From contig CAXXLZ010000001.1 in NCBI GenBank assembly GCA_963675595.2, forward strand, positions 1,024,001 to 1,088,000: DNA of 64,000 bases, given 5' to 3'. Positions 8,673 to 19,242 of the stretch are shown here, piece after piece. Below the pieces are notes generated by a model. The model was not told the origin of the DNA and ran no database searches. It worked only from the letters and a program-made list of their open reading frames with translations. The DNA is from Thermodesulfobacteriota bacterium (GTDB lineage: Bacteria > Desulfobacterota > Desulfarculia > JACQYL01). How positions within the stretch are numbered: position 1 is the first letter of the stretch; the number at the start of each line of letters is the position of its first letter. The translations under genes were made by a program, and so were the position numbers.

Positions 8673-11600
8673 TCACCACAGCTCCGCCCAGAACCCCTCA
8701 CCCCCCCCCCCCACAAACTCCGCCCGACTCCCCCGTGACCCCGGCACGATCTCCAAACGCGCTGGGATGCGCTCTTTCAGTTCCGACACGTGGGAGATGA
8801 CGCCCACCAGGCGGCCGCCGGTCTGCAGGTCCATCAAGGCCTGAAGGGCCAGGTCCAGGGATTCGGAGTCCAGGGTGCCGAATCCTTCGTCCACGAAAAT
8901 GGTGTTCAGGTGTATCCCCCCGGCATAGGACTGGACCGTGTCCGCCAGTCCCAAAGCCATGGACAAAGAGGCCAGGAAGCTTTCACCTCCGGACAGGGTG
9001 GCCACGGGGCGCGGCGTGCCCGTGTGCGCGTCGTACACCTGCAGGTCCAGGCCGGCGGAGGAGCGCTGGTCCCCTCGTTCCCGCACCCGATACAGGGTGT
9101 ACCGTCCGCGGCTCATGAGGTGCAGTCGGGTGGACGCGGAAATGAGCACGTCGTCCAAAAGGGCGCTCAACACGAAGCGATGAAAGGAAATTCCCCGGGG
9201 GTTCTTTCCGGAAACCAGTTCGGCCACCCGTCCCATGACCGCGTAGGAAGCGTCCAGGGTCTGCAACGCGTCGGCGCATTGCCGGAGTTCCAGGACCCAG
9301 GCCCTGACCTGCTTCAACGCTTCCCGAGCCGCGGCCTGTTCCCTGACCAGGGCGTCCTTGGCGGCCGTGATCTTTTCCAGGGCCTGCTGGAATTCGGAGA
9401 CTTTTAGGCGTTCCACGCCTTGAGCGGCCCGGCGCGCGCGCTCCGCCCGGTCCCGAGCGGCGATGAGGTCCGAATCGAACTTCCGAATCCGGGCTTCCAG
9501 GGAAGGGATGAGGGACACGTCGGCATGGGCCGCGTCGAATGCCGCCGGCTCGGCGAACCCTTCCTGATGCAGGCGCAGGAAGAACTCCTCTTGGGTGGTT
9601 CGCGCCCGTTCCTCGGCGCTGTGCGCGTTCCTTTCGGCGGATTCCAGGGCGGCCTTGCAGGAGGCTTCCTTGCGCAAGGCTTCCTGGAGCCGGTTTTCCG
9701 CCGTCTTGAGGGACCGTTCCAGGGACTCGGATTGTTTCCGCGCCGCTTCCAGGGCGTAATTCAGGTCGGCCGGGTTGCGCAGGTGCGGTGGAACCGCGGC
9801 GCTGCGTTCCTCTTCCACGGTGCGCGCCCGGTGCCATGCTTCCCGGCTTTTGGAAAAATCGGCCTCTGCCGCGGAGACTTGTTGCGCCAGTTCTTCCTTG
9901 CGGCGGGACAGGGCTTCCAGTTCCTGTTGCAGGCGTTCCTGTTGCCGAAGGGACGATTCGGCGGCCTTCAACGCGTTGTTGCGGGTCTTTTCCTCGGCGC
10001 GGAACGCGGCTTCCGTCCATTCCGCGCGGTCGCCCAGGGCTTGGAGGTGGTTCGCATAGGTGCTTTCCGCCGCCGACCCTTGAACCTGCAAAGCGCTCAG
10101 TTGTTCCCGCAGTTCGTCCCGTTGTTGTTCCAGTTTGCGCAGGTTCCGGCGATGGGTCTTGAGGTCCCCTTCCTTGGGAAGGGAAGCTTCCGACACGGCC
10201 GGGGCGGGATGGTCCGTGGAGCCGCACACGGGGCAGGGCGCGCCGGGTAGGAGGCCTTGGGCCAGCACCGCGGCCTGGCCCTGAATCCACGCGGATTCCA
10301 GGGCCTCTCCTTTGGCGGATCCGAGGGTAATGCGTTCGGTAAGAGCGGTGAGGTCCCGCTCCCCGGCTTGGACTTCGGATTGAAGCCGGTCCCGTTCGGC
10401 TCGGGCGCGGGTGAGTTCCCGGTGGTGTTTCAGGTCTTCCGAGGCCCGCCGCGCCTCCAGACGAAAGGCGTCCAGGCGGAGAGCCAGGTTTTCCGCCTCC
10501 TTCAACCGTTCGGACTTTTGCAGCCTTTCCGATTCCAGGCCGGCCGCGGATTCCTTCAATGCCTCCCAAGCGGATTGTCGGGCATGCAGGCCCTGTTCCA
10601 GGGTTTGCCGGTCTTTCTTCGCGGCTTCCAGGTCGGCGCACTTCTTTCCGGTTTCCCGCAGTTGCAGGAGGGCCTCCCGAGCCCGCTCCCGGTCTTGGCC
10701 CCGTGCGTCCTCCTCTTGAAAAGCGGCTTGAGCCCCGGTGCGGCGGGTTTCCGCCTCATGCAACGCTTTTTGAGCGGCCGTGAGAGCCTTGCGCGCGAGA
10801 TCGAATTCGGCGACGCGCTGTTCCGCGGACTTTCGGATGTCCGACAGGTTCCGGGCCTTGTTCGCTCTTTCCAGGCGTGTTCGGGCGTGGTCGATTTCTT
10901 CCTTGGCGTCTTCGACGCGGCGGAGCAGGGTTTCGGAAGATTCAAGTTCTTCATGAACTTGTTGGGATAACTTGGCTTGCCATAATTCCTTTTCCGCTTT
11001 GGACATATTCGCGGCGGTTTCGTCCAGTCGGGATTCCAGGGATTCCAGTCGGGTCCCTAGAGCTGCTTCCCGTTGCCGCACGGCTTCCTCGTTTTCCGCC
11101 TCGGCCTGGCGGAGCACCACCTGTTTTCGGGTGGTCTGTTCCCGCACCTTTTCCGCCAGGGACCGTTCGGCCCGCTTCACGGATTCTTCGATGCGGCGGT
11201 AGAATTCCGTGCGGAAGAGCACTTCCAGGATGTCCTGACGCTCCCTCGAGTCCGCCAGGAGGAGGCGCATGAATTCGCCCTGGGGGAGCATGACCACCTG
11301 CCGGAACTGGTCGCTCCGGAACCCGAGCAGTTGTTCCACTTCCGCCGTGGCCTGGGACCATTGGGCCGCGAGGACTTCTTCCGTCGTCCCGTTTTCCGGG
11401 TCCGCCAGGCGGCGGAGTTCGGCCTTGGGCCGTTCTTTGGTCCATCCCTCGCCCCGCAGTTTGGGTCGAGCCTGTTCGGGACTGCGGGTGATGCGGAAGG
11501 TCTTTTGGCCGATGGCGAATTCAAAGGAGACTTCAGTGGGCAAGGCCGGGTCGGCCAGGTGGCTGCGCAGGTGTTGGGGGGGCCTCTGGGAGCCCGAGGC

Positions 11601-11765
11601 TTCGCCGTAGAGGGCGAAACAAAGGGCGTCCAGCACGGTGGTCTTGCCGGCGCCGGTGGGGCCGTGGATGAGGAAGAAGTTCCTTCCCGCCAAGCGTCCG
11701 AAGTCCAGTTCCTGCGTGCCGGCAAAGGGACCGAAGGCCTGAATGCGAAGGCGAAGAGGCTTCAT
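8673..11765 (-). CDS. sbcC: SbcC (Rad50-like) SMC ATPase
   Basis: Walker A GPTGAGKT, LPQGEF Q-loop, CPVCG zinc hook, long coiled coils, LSGGE signature, DEGFG. Confidence 0.95.
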   Translation of the reverse strand: MKPLRLRIQAFGPFAGTQELDFGRLAGRNFFLIHGPTGAGKTTVLDALCFALYGEASGSQRPPQHLRSHLADPALPTEVSFEFAIGQKTFRITRSPEQARPKLRGEGWTKERPKAELRRLADPENGTTEEVLAAQWSQATAEVEQLLGFRSDQFRQVVMLPQGEFMRLLLADSRERQDILEVLFRTEFYRRIEESVKRAERSLAEKVREQTTRKQVVLRQAEAENEEAVRQREAALGTRLESLESRLDETAANMSKAEKELWQAKLSQQVHEELESSETLLRRVEDAKEEIDHARTRLERANKARNLSDIRKSAEQRVAEFDLARKALTAAQKALHEAETRRTGAQAAFQEEDARGQDRERAREALLQLRETGKKCADLEAAKKDRQTLEQGLHARQSAWEALKESAAGLESERLQKSERLKEAENLALRLDAFRLEARRASEDLKHHRELTRARAERDRLQSEVQAGERDLTALTERITLGSAKGEALESAWIQGQAAVLAQGLLPGAPCPVCGSTDHPAPAVSEASLPKEGDLKTHRRNLRKLEQQRDELREQLSALQVQGSAAESTYANHLQALGDRAEWTEAAFRAEEKTRNNALKAAESSLRQQERLQQELEALSRRKEELAQQVSAAEADFSKSREAWHRARTVEEERSAAVPPHLRNPADLNYALEAARKQSESLERSLKTAENRLQEALRKEASCKAALESAERNAHSAEERARTTQEEFFLRLHQEGFAEPAAFDAAHADVSLIPSLEARIRKFDSDLIAARDRAERARRAAQGVERLKVSEFQQALEKITAAKDALVREQAAAREALKQVRAWVLELRQCADALQTLDASYAVMGRVAELVSGKNPRGISFHRFVLSALLDDVLISASTRLHLMSRGRYTLYRVRERGDQRSSAGLDLQVYDAHTGTPRPVATLSGGESFLASLSMALGLADTVQSYAGGIHLNTIFVDEGFGTLDSESLDLALQALMDLQTGGRLVGVISHVSELKERIPARLEIVPGSRGSRAEFVGGGGEGFWAELW

Positions 11766-12913
11766 GACGCGGCCTCCCGTTGGTCCCTGCGCAGGTCTTC
11801 CACCACGGAAGCGAAGGCGGCTTCTTCCTCCGTGGAGGGCGCGGACCCCGTGACGTTTTCCACGAAGTCGCGGAAGAGGTGCGCCTCGTTGCGGTGCCGC
11901 AAATCCGGCGTGCCCGAGGGCGCGGAACCGTTATGGAGCAGGGCCGGGCGTTCGATGTGCAGGGCGTTGGGATAGACTTCGCGAATGCGGCCCATGGGAT
12001 CGAGAATGGCTCCCTGGTCCGTGAGCACGATCATGAGATAGTCGTCGGGGTTTTCCCCCGGTTGCGGCCCCCGGAGGACGTCTTTGAATTCGCCTTTGAG
12101 GATTCTCACGTCCCTCCGGCATCCGAGTTGCACGGGTTCCACGGTGCACGCTCCCGAGGGCCCCATTTCCATTAGGGTGACGCTTTTTTCGACTTCCGCC
12201 TCGGAAAAGGAGTATTTCATGAGCGAGCCGGCGTAGCGAATCGTACGCGTCACGTTCTGGGGCTGGTGCAGATGCCCCAGGGCCGTATAGTGAAACGGCT
12301 CGAACAGGGCGGCGTTCACCGAGCCCACGCCTCCGATGCACAGGGGCCGCTCGGATTCGGACTCCAGGCCCCCGGCCGTGAGGGCGTGGGCCGCGATGAT
12401 CCGGCGTCCGGCGTCGGGTTCCCGCGTCAGGATTCGTTGAATGCGGGCCCGCACGGCGCTTTCGTGATCCGTAATGGAGTCGTCCCCCAGGCGCACCGCG
12501 GCCACGGACGGTTCCGCGTAGGCCAAACCATAGATACGCACCGGCCCGTACGCGTCTTCCAGAATCAGGGGGGAAACGTCGTGGTGCGGGAAGGAACGCA
12601 GGTGCAGGCCCTGGGGGGTGAGCAGCCGCGAGGCGAATCCCAGGCGCTGGGGGCTGTCGTGATTCCCGGAAATCATGAGCACCGGGATTTTCAGATCGAG
12701 CACGACGCGCGCCAGCACGTCGCCCAGGAGTTCCACCGCGTCGGGGGGCGGCACGGCGCGGTCGTACACGTCGCCGGACAGGATCAGGACGTCCGGAGTA
12801 CAATCCCGGAGCAAGGCGATGAGTTCATCCAAAACCCGGGCCTGGTCCTCCGTGAGGTGGACTCCGTAGAACAGTCTTCCCAGGTGCCAATCGGCCGTGT
12901 GAATGATGCGCAT
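11762..12913 (-). CDS. sbcD: SbcD (Mre11-like) nuclease
   Basis: HTADWHLG, SGDVYD, GNHDS and ALGHLH motifs. 4-bp overlap with sbcC. Confidence 0.95.
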   Translation of the reverse strand: MRIIHTADWHLGRLFYGVHLTEDQARVLDELIALLRDCTPDVLILSGDVYDRAVPPPDAVELLGDVLARVVLDLKIPVLMISGNHDSPQRLGFASRLLTPQGLHLRSFPHHDVSPLILEDAYGPVRIYGLAYAEPSVAAVRLGDDSITDHESAVRARIQRILTREPDAGRRIIAAHALTAGGLESESERPLCIGGVGSVNAALFEPFHYTALGHLHQPQNVTRTIRYAGSLMKYSFSEAEVEKSVTLMEMGPSGACTVEPVQLGCRRDVRILKGEFKDVLRGPQPGENPDDYLMIVLTDQGAILDPMGRIREVYPNALHIERPALLHNGSAPSGTPDLRHRNEAHLFRDFVENVTGSAPSTEEEAAFASVVEDLRRDQREAAS

Positions 12914-12935
12914 GGGTTGAAATCCGGGTAATGAT

Positions 12936-13546
12936 TCACGGGGGGGAACTTTTCCGAAAGTCCCCCCCGTGACCCCCTCTCAAAAGGTTCTGAGCGGGCC
13001 TCACCGCCTGCGGCGGAGAGGCTGAGGGAGAAACGGGTTCCCTCACGAATCTCGAAACCGGTTGTCAACGTTTTCTTGGTAATCCTTCACGGGAGGAACT
13101 CGTCTGTTGCAGGGGCGGGCCACAGTGCCTGCCCAAAAGGCGGCCGAAGGCCCACCTTGCCACGGACCTCCCGGGGCGAAACCAACCACCCTGTGAACGT
13201 GCGCTTTTCTTTTATTTTAACCCCAATGAAGCGAGCAAAGGAACGATCCGTGAGCTTTCACGTGGTTCCCACCCGGAGACGCTCCGCCCCGAAAGGGACG
13301 GAGCCGAACCGGTGGGCTTATTTCCCATTCGGAACATTCGGACTGCTTTTGAAGCTATTATGAGGAAGACCGGGGTCGGGTCAAGGGGTGTTCCGATTGG
13401 TAAGCGTTCACGGGGTCAAGCTCGAACCATCCCGTGAATGGACGCCCCGTTTTCATGCCGGCCTCTCCGCCGGAGGCGGTGAGGCCCGCTTGAGGGGTTT
13501 TGAGGAGAGGCGCGGGGGGGAACTTTTTCAAAAGTTCTCCCCCGCT
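12936..13546. repeat. ~110-bp imperfect inverted repeats with terminal hairpins (MITE/REPIN-like)
   Basis: 12993-13022 and the reverse complement of 13461-13490 match at 29/30. Each arm carries a GGGGGGGAACTTTT..AAAG(T)T(C)CCCCCG hairpin (12936-12972, 13512-13545). Confidence 0.75.
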
Positions 13547-13620
13547 AATGATGACTAAATGAGGGTGTCGCGGCGTCAAGTCCGAGCGGTCCGGCGGCGT
13601 CCGGGCCGAGGGGCTGGAAG

Positions 13621-13650
13621 TTGACTTGAAACGGGTACATGGGATATGGT
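13621..13650 (+). promoter_or_regulatory. Candidate sigma70 promoter for the gsp operon
   Basis: TTGACT-18 bp-TATGGT. Confidence 0.4.
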
Positions 13651-13699
13651 TCCGCCATTCATCTCAGGCCGACCGGAGTCGATAGGGGGAGCGGAATCC

Positions 13700-15745
13700 A
13701 TGGGGGGAGGATCGCGAAGAGGACTGCTGTGGGGCGTGTTCATTCTATTGATTGTCCTCGCGGCGCCGGGCGTATCCGCCGAGAAGAAGGGTTCCGGGTC
13801 CGAGCCCCCGCAGGTGGCCATGGATTTCGATGAAGTGGATATCCGGCTCTTCATCAAGTTCATCAGCACGCTCACGGGCAAGAATTTCGTTCTGGACAAG
13901 GCCGTCAAAGGCACCATCAACGTGGTGTCGCCTTCCAAGGTCACTCCCGCCGAGGCCTACCGCGTCTTCGAATCCGTGTTGGAAGTTTACGGGTTCACGT
14001 CCATCCCTTCGGGAGACATCATCAAGATCGTTCCTCTCCGGGAAGCCAAGGACCGGGGGGTGCAGACCATTACCGGCGGTGAGACCATTCGGGACGGCTC
14101 CCGCGACAGCATGGTCACTCAGCTCATTACCCTCAAGTATGCCGACGTGGAGTACATCGAGTCGATTCTCACTCCCCTGGTTTCCAAGACCAGCGTGATC
14201 AACTCCGATCCCAAGTCCAACACCCTCATCGTCACGGACGTGCAATCCAACATTCGAAGGTTGCTCAGGATCATCCGTGAAATCGACATCCCGGGCGTGG
14301 AAAACCAGCTCACCTTGATGGAGTTGCAGCACGCGTCCGCCAAGGAACTCTCCGAGAAGATTCTCTCGCTCATGGAACAGGAGAACGCCACCCGGAAAAC
14401 GACCCGCCGCGGCGGCGACTCCGAAAAGGTGCTCAAGGTCATTCCGGTGGAGCGCATCAACGCTTTGGTGGTGTTGGCCGGACGCGATGATACCCTCGAG
14501 GTGCGCAACCTGGTTTCCATGCTCGATCGTCCCACGCCTGCCGGCAGGGACAACATCCATGTGTATTACCTGAAAAACGCCGTGGCCGAGGATCTGGCCG
14601 CCGTGTTGACTCAGGTTCGGGACGATCAGAACAAGGCGGCGGAAGCGGGCAAGGGTATGCCCACCATTTCCGCGGACGTGGTCATCAGTCCCGACGCGGC
14701 CACCAACGCGCTGGTGGTGAGAAGCACGCCGCAGGAATTCAATGAGCTGGTGAAGATCATTCAGAAGCTGGATATCGAACGCGCCATGGTTTACGTGGAA
14801 GGCCTGATCATGGAGGTGAACACCACCAAGGCCCTGCGTTTGGGAGTGGAGTGGCACGCCGGCAACGATTTCGACAACCAGAACGCCTTTTGGTTCGGCG
14901 GGTCCACCGGGGGAAGCTCGGGGGTGCTCGGTTCGGTGCTCACGGGTCTTCAGGCGGATACGGCGACCTTCTCCCTGCCCGGAGGATTGGCCCTGGGAGT
15001 CATCGGTCAGACCCTTTCCTATGCGGGGATCACCTTTCCCTCCTACTCGGCGCTGATCAACGCGGTGAAATCGGATCAAGACTTCAACATCCTGTCCACG
15101 CCTCAGATCTTGACCACGGACAATGTGGAAGCCGAGGTCGTAGTGGCGGACAACATCCCGTACCAAACCCGGCTCGATCAGGGCACCGACATTACTTCCA
15201 GGGCCATCAGCACCTTCGAATACAAGGACGTGGGTGTGACGCTCAAGGTGACGCCTCAGATCAACCATGACCGGTTCGTGCGCATGAAGATCGAGCAGGA
15301 GGTCAAGAATATCATCCGTGAATCCACCACGGATTCTCAGGGCAACGTGATTCTCGCGCCGGTGACCAATGTCCGCTCGACCAAGACCACGGTGGTGGTT
15401 CGTGACGGGGAAACCGTGGTGATGGGGGGGCTCGTCCAGGACATCGAGCGCGTCGAAGAGTCGCGCGTGCCGTGTCTCGGCAATATTCCCGGCGTGGGCT
15501 GGCTCTTCAAGACCAGTTCCCAGCGCAAGGAGAAGGTGACGCTGCTGGTGTTCCTGACGCCGAGGATCATCGAGTCCACCGAAGAGGCTCGCCGAATTTA
15601 CGATGAAAAACATGGACGGATGCAGGAGGCGGTGAAGGGGCAAAAAGCGTTCCTGAACCCCGATTCGGACGAAGAATCGGCTGAAAGCGATCTTCCGGCT
15701 CCATCATCGCCTTCCACCGAGGCTCCGCCGGAGACGGCCGAATGA
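13700..15745 (+). CDS. gspD: Type II secretion secretin GspD
   Basis: Signal peptide; N0 (DFDEVDIRLFIK), repeated N domains (LKYA/LQHA/LKNA), secretin domain with DVGVTLKVTPQIN and VPCLGNIPGVGWLF. Start could be 13646. Confidence 0.95.
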   Translation: MGGGSRRGLLWGVFILLIVLAAPGVSAEKKGSGSEPPQVAMDFDEVDIRLFIKFISTLTGKNFVLDKAVKGTINVVSPSKVTPAEAYRVFESVLEVYGFTSIPSGDIIKIVPLREAKDRGVQTITGGETIRDGSRDSMVTQLITLKYADVEYIESILTPLVSKTSVINSDPKSNTLIVTDVQSNIRRLLRIIREIDIPGVENQLTLMELQHASAKELSEKILSLMEQENATRKTTRRGGDSEKVLKVIPVERINALVVLAGRDDTLEVRNLVSMLDRPTPAGRDNIHVYYLKNAVAEDLAAVLTQVRDDQNKAAEAGKGMPTISADVVISPDAATNALVVRSTPQEFNELVKIIQKLDIERAMVYVEGLIMEVNTTKALRLGVEWHAGNDFDNQNAFWFGGSTGGSSGVLGSVLTGLQADTATFSLPGGLALGVIGQTLSYAGITFPSYSALINAVKSDQDFNILSTPQILTTDNVEAEVVVADNIPYQTRLDQGTDITSRAISTFEYKDVGVTLKVTPQINHDRFVRMKIEQEVKNIIRESTTDSQGNVILAPVTNVRSTKTTVVVRDGETVVMGGLVQDIERVEESRVPCLGNIPGVGWLFKTSSQRKEKVTLLVFLTPRIIESTEEARRIYDEKHGRMQEAVKGQKAFLNPDSDEESAESDLPAPSSPSTEAPPETAE

Positions 15746-15861
15746 TCGGTTGTTCCCCCGCCCGGGACGGCCGGACCCGGTCTTGGGTATGGCCTCGGGA
15801 ACATGATCGCGCATCCGCTGCGCTCCGTTTTCCAACTTTCCCTTCTTCGACTTGAGTTCCC

Positions 15862-17535
15862 ATGAATCCGGACGTACGTGACCATCTGCTTCGCCTCACT
15901 TCCCTCGACCCGGAAACGGTGGACGCCATTTTGGAAGAAGAGGGGAGCCTGGCCGAGCTGCTGGTCCGGAAGGGCGGGCTCCCCGAAGACACCGTGTTGA
16001 AGGTGCTCGGCTCCCTTTGGGGTCTTACGGTGGTTCCGGAACCGGAGAGTACGGTCGCGAGAACCGATCTGTCGGAAATTTCTCTGCCCTTTCTCAAGAA
16101 ACACCATATCGCGCCGCTCGCGGTTCAGGACACGACACTTCACGTGGCCGTTTCCGATCCGGAAAGCCTCACGGCCGCGGAAGACCTCGGCCATCTGCTC
16201 CACTGCCGGGACATCCGGGTGGTGCTCAGTCCCCAACGGGAAGTCCTCAAGGTCATTCACGGCCTGATGCACCAGGACGAGGAGTCCACGCGGCAACTCA
16301 TCGAAGATTTGGGAGAGGAAAGCGAGGAAAGCCGGATTCTGCAGGAACTGGGGCAGGTGGAGGATTTGCTGGACTCCACCAGCGAGGCTCCGGTCATCCG
16401 CCTCGTCAACATGATTTTCACTCAGGCCGTGAAGAACCGGGCCAGCGACGTGCATATCGAACCCTACCAGGCCGATACGCAGGTCCGGTACCGCATCGAC
16501 GGCGTGTTGTACGAGTACCTGACGGTGCAACGGCGGCTGCATGCCTCCATTGTCAGCCGCATCAAGGTGCTGGCCGATCTGAACATCGCCGAGAAGCGTC
16601 TTCCCCAGGACGGAAGAATTCAGATTAAGATGGGGGACCGCGACATCGACATCCGCGTGTCGATCATCCCCACCATGTTCGGCGAGCGGGTCGTGTTGAG
16701 ACTCCTGGACAAGCAGAGCGGCTTCATGAAGCTGCAGGACCTGGGCTTTTCCCCGGACGCCTACGAGAGCTTCGAGCGGCTCATCCGCAAGGCCCACGGA
16801 ATCATTTTGGTCACCGGTCCCACGGGAAGCGGAAAGACCACCACCCTGTACGGCGCGTTGAGCCGGATCAATTCCCGTGATAAGAACATCATCACCGTGG
16901 AGGACCCCATCGAGTATCAGTTGAACGGGGTGGGGCAGATCCAGGTGGCTCCCAAGATCGGATTGACCTTTGCGTCCGGACTGCGCTCGATTCTGCGCCA
17001 TGACCCGGACGTGATCATGATCGGTGAGATCCGCGATATCGAAACCGCGGAAATCTCCATCCAGGCTTCACTCACCGGCCATCTGGTGTTCAGCACGCTG
17101 CACACCAACGACTCGGCCGGAGCCATGACCCGTCTGACCGACATGGGGCTGGAGCCTTTCTTGATCACTTCGAGCGTGCTCGGGGTGATGGCCCAGAGGC
17201 TGGTGCGGACCATCTGTCCCAAGTGCCGGACCGTGGACGAACCTTCTCCCGAGTTGCTCGGCGAGTTGGGCATCGAGGAGCGGGGAGTGCAGCTTTACCG
17301 CGGCGCGGGTTGCGATCATTGCTTCAACTCGGGCTATCGGGGCCGTACGAGCATCAACGAGATTCTTGTGATGGACGGCGACATTCGACGGCTGGTGCTG
17401 CGGTCCGCGGATGCGTCCGAAATCAAGGAAGCGGCCGTGTCCAAGGGCATGGTCACCCTTCGTGGAGACGGGATTCGCAAGGCGTTGGCCGGCTTCACCA
17501 CGGTGGAAGAGGTTCTGCGCGTGACCCAGGATTGA
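15862..17535 (+). CDS. gspE: T2SS ATPase GspE
   Basis: ASDVHIEP, RLPQDGR, GPTGSGKT, EDPIEY, GEIRD, TGHLV..TLH, CxxC...CxxC. Confidence 0.95.
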   Translation: MNPDVRDHLLRLTSLDPETVDAILEEEGSLAELLVRKGGLPEDTVLKVLGSLWGLTVVPEPESTVARTDLSEISLPFLKKHHIAPLAVQDTTLHVAVSDPESLTAAEDLGHLLHCRDIRVVLSPQREVLKVIHGLMHQDEESTRQLIEDLGEESEESRILQELGQVEDLLDSTSEAPVIRLVNMIFTQAVKNRASDVHIEPYQADTQVRYRIDGVLYEYLTVQRRLHASIVSRIKVLADLNIAEKRLPQDGRIQIKMGDRDIDIRVSIIPTMFGERVVLRLLDKQSGFMKLQDLGFSPDAYESFERLIRKAHGIILVTGPTGSGKTTTLYGALSRINSRDKNIITVEDPIEYQLNGVGQIQVAPKIGLTFASGLRSILRHDPDVIMIGEIRDIETAEISIQASLTGHLVFSTLHTNDSAGAMTRLTDMGLEPFLITSSVLGVMAQRLVRTICPKCRTVDEPSPELLGELGIEERGVQLYRGAGCDHCFNSGYRGRTSINEILVMDGDIRRLVLRSADASEIKEAAVSKGMVTLRGDGIRKALAGFTTVEEVLRVTQD

Positions 17536-17539
17536 TGCC

Positions 17540-18754
17540 ATGGCCCCGGTTTATGAATATGACGCCATAGAAGGCTCGGGCAGGCGTTTGAAGGGCATGG
17601 TGGACGCCGACGGCCCTTCCGCGGCCCGGTCCAAGCTCCGCGCCAAGGGGCTGAGGCCCGTGGGCCTTGTCCAGGTCGCGGAGAAGCGGTCCGGCAAAAG
17701 AGCATCGAGGTTTGTGGGGCGCATCGCCTCTCGGGAACTGGCCGTGATCCTGCGCCGGTTCTCCACGCTGCTGGAATCGGGTCTGCCTCTCGTGGAATGC
17801 ATTGAGGCGATCCTCGAGCAAGCGGATAAACCCTCCCTGCAGCGGGTTTTCCGGCAGGTGCGGGAACGGGTGCTGGAAGGCAAGGCGCTCTGGCAGGCTC
17901 TTTCCGAGCACCCCAAGGTGTTCAACGACCTGGTGGTGAACATGGTCCGGGCCGGCGAGGAGAGCGGCAGTCTCGACGTGGTGCTGGTACGGCTCGCGGA
18001 CCTGATGGAAGCGAGATCGGAGCTTCAGAGCAAGGTCCGGGGCGCGTTGGCCTACCCGATTTTCATGTTCGTCGTGGGGTCCGGCGTCCTCTTTTTTCTG
18101 GTGACCTTTGTCATTCCTCAGATCAGCGACCTGTTCCGCGAGACCGGGCAGCGGCTGCCATTCGTCACGTTGTTGTTGATCGGAGCGAGTTCGGCGGCCC
18201 GGAAGTTCTGGTGGATCGGCCTGTTGGTCTTGGCCGGAGGCATTTTTTTGTGGGGTCGCTACACCGGGACACCCAACGGCCAACGGTTTCAGGGGAGGCT
18301 GATTCTGAGGCTTCCCGTGGTGGGTTCCCTGGAGACCCGGCTCATGACGGCCCGTTTCGCCCGAACGTTGGGGTCTCTGCTGTTGAGCGGCATGCCGCTT
18401 CTGAACGCCCTGCGCGTGGCCCGCACCGTGGTGCGGAATCCCGTGATCGCGGACGCCGTGGCGGAAGTGGAAACGCGAGTGGGCGAAGGCGCTTCATTGA
18501 GCGAACCCATGCGCGGCACGGGGGTGTTTCCGTCCATGGCGCTGCACATGATTCATTCGGGTGAGCGGAGCGGCAGGCTGGAATCCATGATGATCAAGGT
18601 GGCGGACGCCTACGAGAAGGAGGTTACCGCGTCGTTGGCCCTGATGATGTCCTTGTTGGAACCCATTATGATTCTGGTTATGGGGCTCGCAGTGGGCTTC
18701 ATTGTGGTGGCGGTGCTGCTGCCGATTTTTGAAATGTCCCAGGGAATCCGATAG
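17540..18754 (+). CDS. gspF: T2SS inner-membrane platform GspF
   Basis: GEESGSLD, AYP, GERSG.L and LLEP motifs; 3 TM segments. Confidence 0.93.
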   Translation: MAPVYEYDAIEGSGRRLKGMVDADGPSAARSKLRAKGLRPVGLVQVAEKRSGKRASRFVGRIASRELAVILRRFSTLLESGLPLVECIEAILEQADKPSLQRVFRQVRERVLEGKALWQALSEHPKVFNDLVVNMVRAGEESGSLDVVLVRLADLMEARSELQSKVRGALAYPIFMFVVGSGVLFFLVTFVIPQISDLFRETGQRLPFVTLLLIGASSAARKFWWIGLLVLAGGIFLWGRYTGTPNGQRFQGRLILRLPVVGSLETRLMTARFARTLGSLLLSGMPLLNALRVARTVVRNPVIADAVAEVETRVGEGASLSEPMRGTGVFPSMALHMIHSGERSGRLESMMIKVADAYEKEVTASLALMMSLLEPIMILVMGLAVGFIVVAVLLPIFEMSQGIR

Positions 18755-18786
18755 TTGAGCGGGTTTACGGGATGGGGGGAACGTAC

Positions 18787-19242
18787 ATGATGTTGGAAAA
18801 TTCCGACCGGCGTCGCGCCGGTTTCACATTGATCGAACTGCTCGTGGTGGTCATCATCCTGGGTGTGTTGGCCGGTCTGATCATTCCCAGGATTATGGGG
18901 CGCCCCGAAGAGGCCCGGCGCACCAAGGCGAAGTTGCAGATCGAAAGCATAGAGAACGCGCTCAAGCTGTTCTATCTGGATAACGGGTTCTATCCCACCA
19001 CGGAGCAGGGTCTTTCCGCCCTCGTGGACAAGCCCGAAACCGGCGTCAAGATCGTCAAGTGGCGCGATGGGGGATACCTCGAGAAAGGCAGAATTCCCAA
19101 GGACCCCTGGGGGTATGATTTTCGCTACCTGAGCCCCGGCGTGCACAACCGCGACTATGACCTTTGGTCCCCCGGACCGGACGGAGAAGATGGGGGGGAC
19201 GACCGAAACCGCGACGTAACGAATTGGGATGAAGATATCTAA
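18787..19242 (+). CDS. gspG: Major pseudopilin GspG
   Basis: G|FTLIELLVV prepilin site, YPTTEQGL.AL, KDPWG, GPDG. Confidence 0.95.
   Translation: MMLENSDRRRAGFTLIELLVVVIILGVLAGLIIPRIMGRPEEARRTKAKLQIESIENALKLFYLDNGFYPTTEQGLSALVDKPETGVKIVKWRDGGYLEKGRIPKDPWGYDFRYLSPGVHNRDYDLWSPGPDGEDGGDDRNRDVTNWDEDI

Noticed and set aside
13268-13316. c-di-GMP-I riboswitch (GAAA...GGGACG)
   Set aside because: Lacks the GGCAAAC and GCAAAGC elements and the second stem; kept only as a hairpin.
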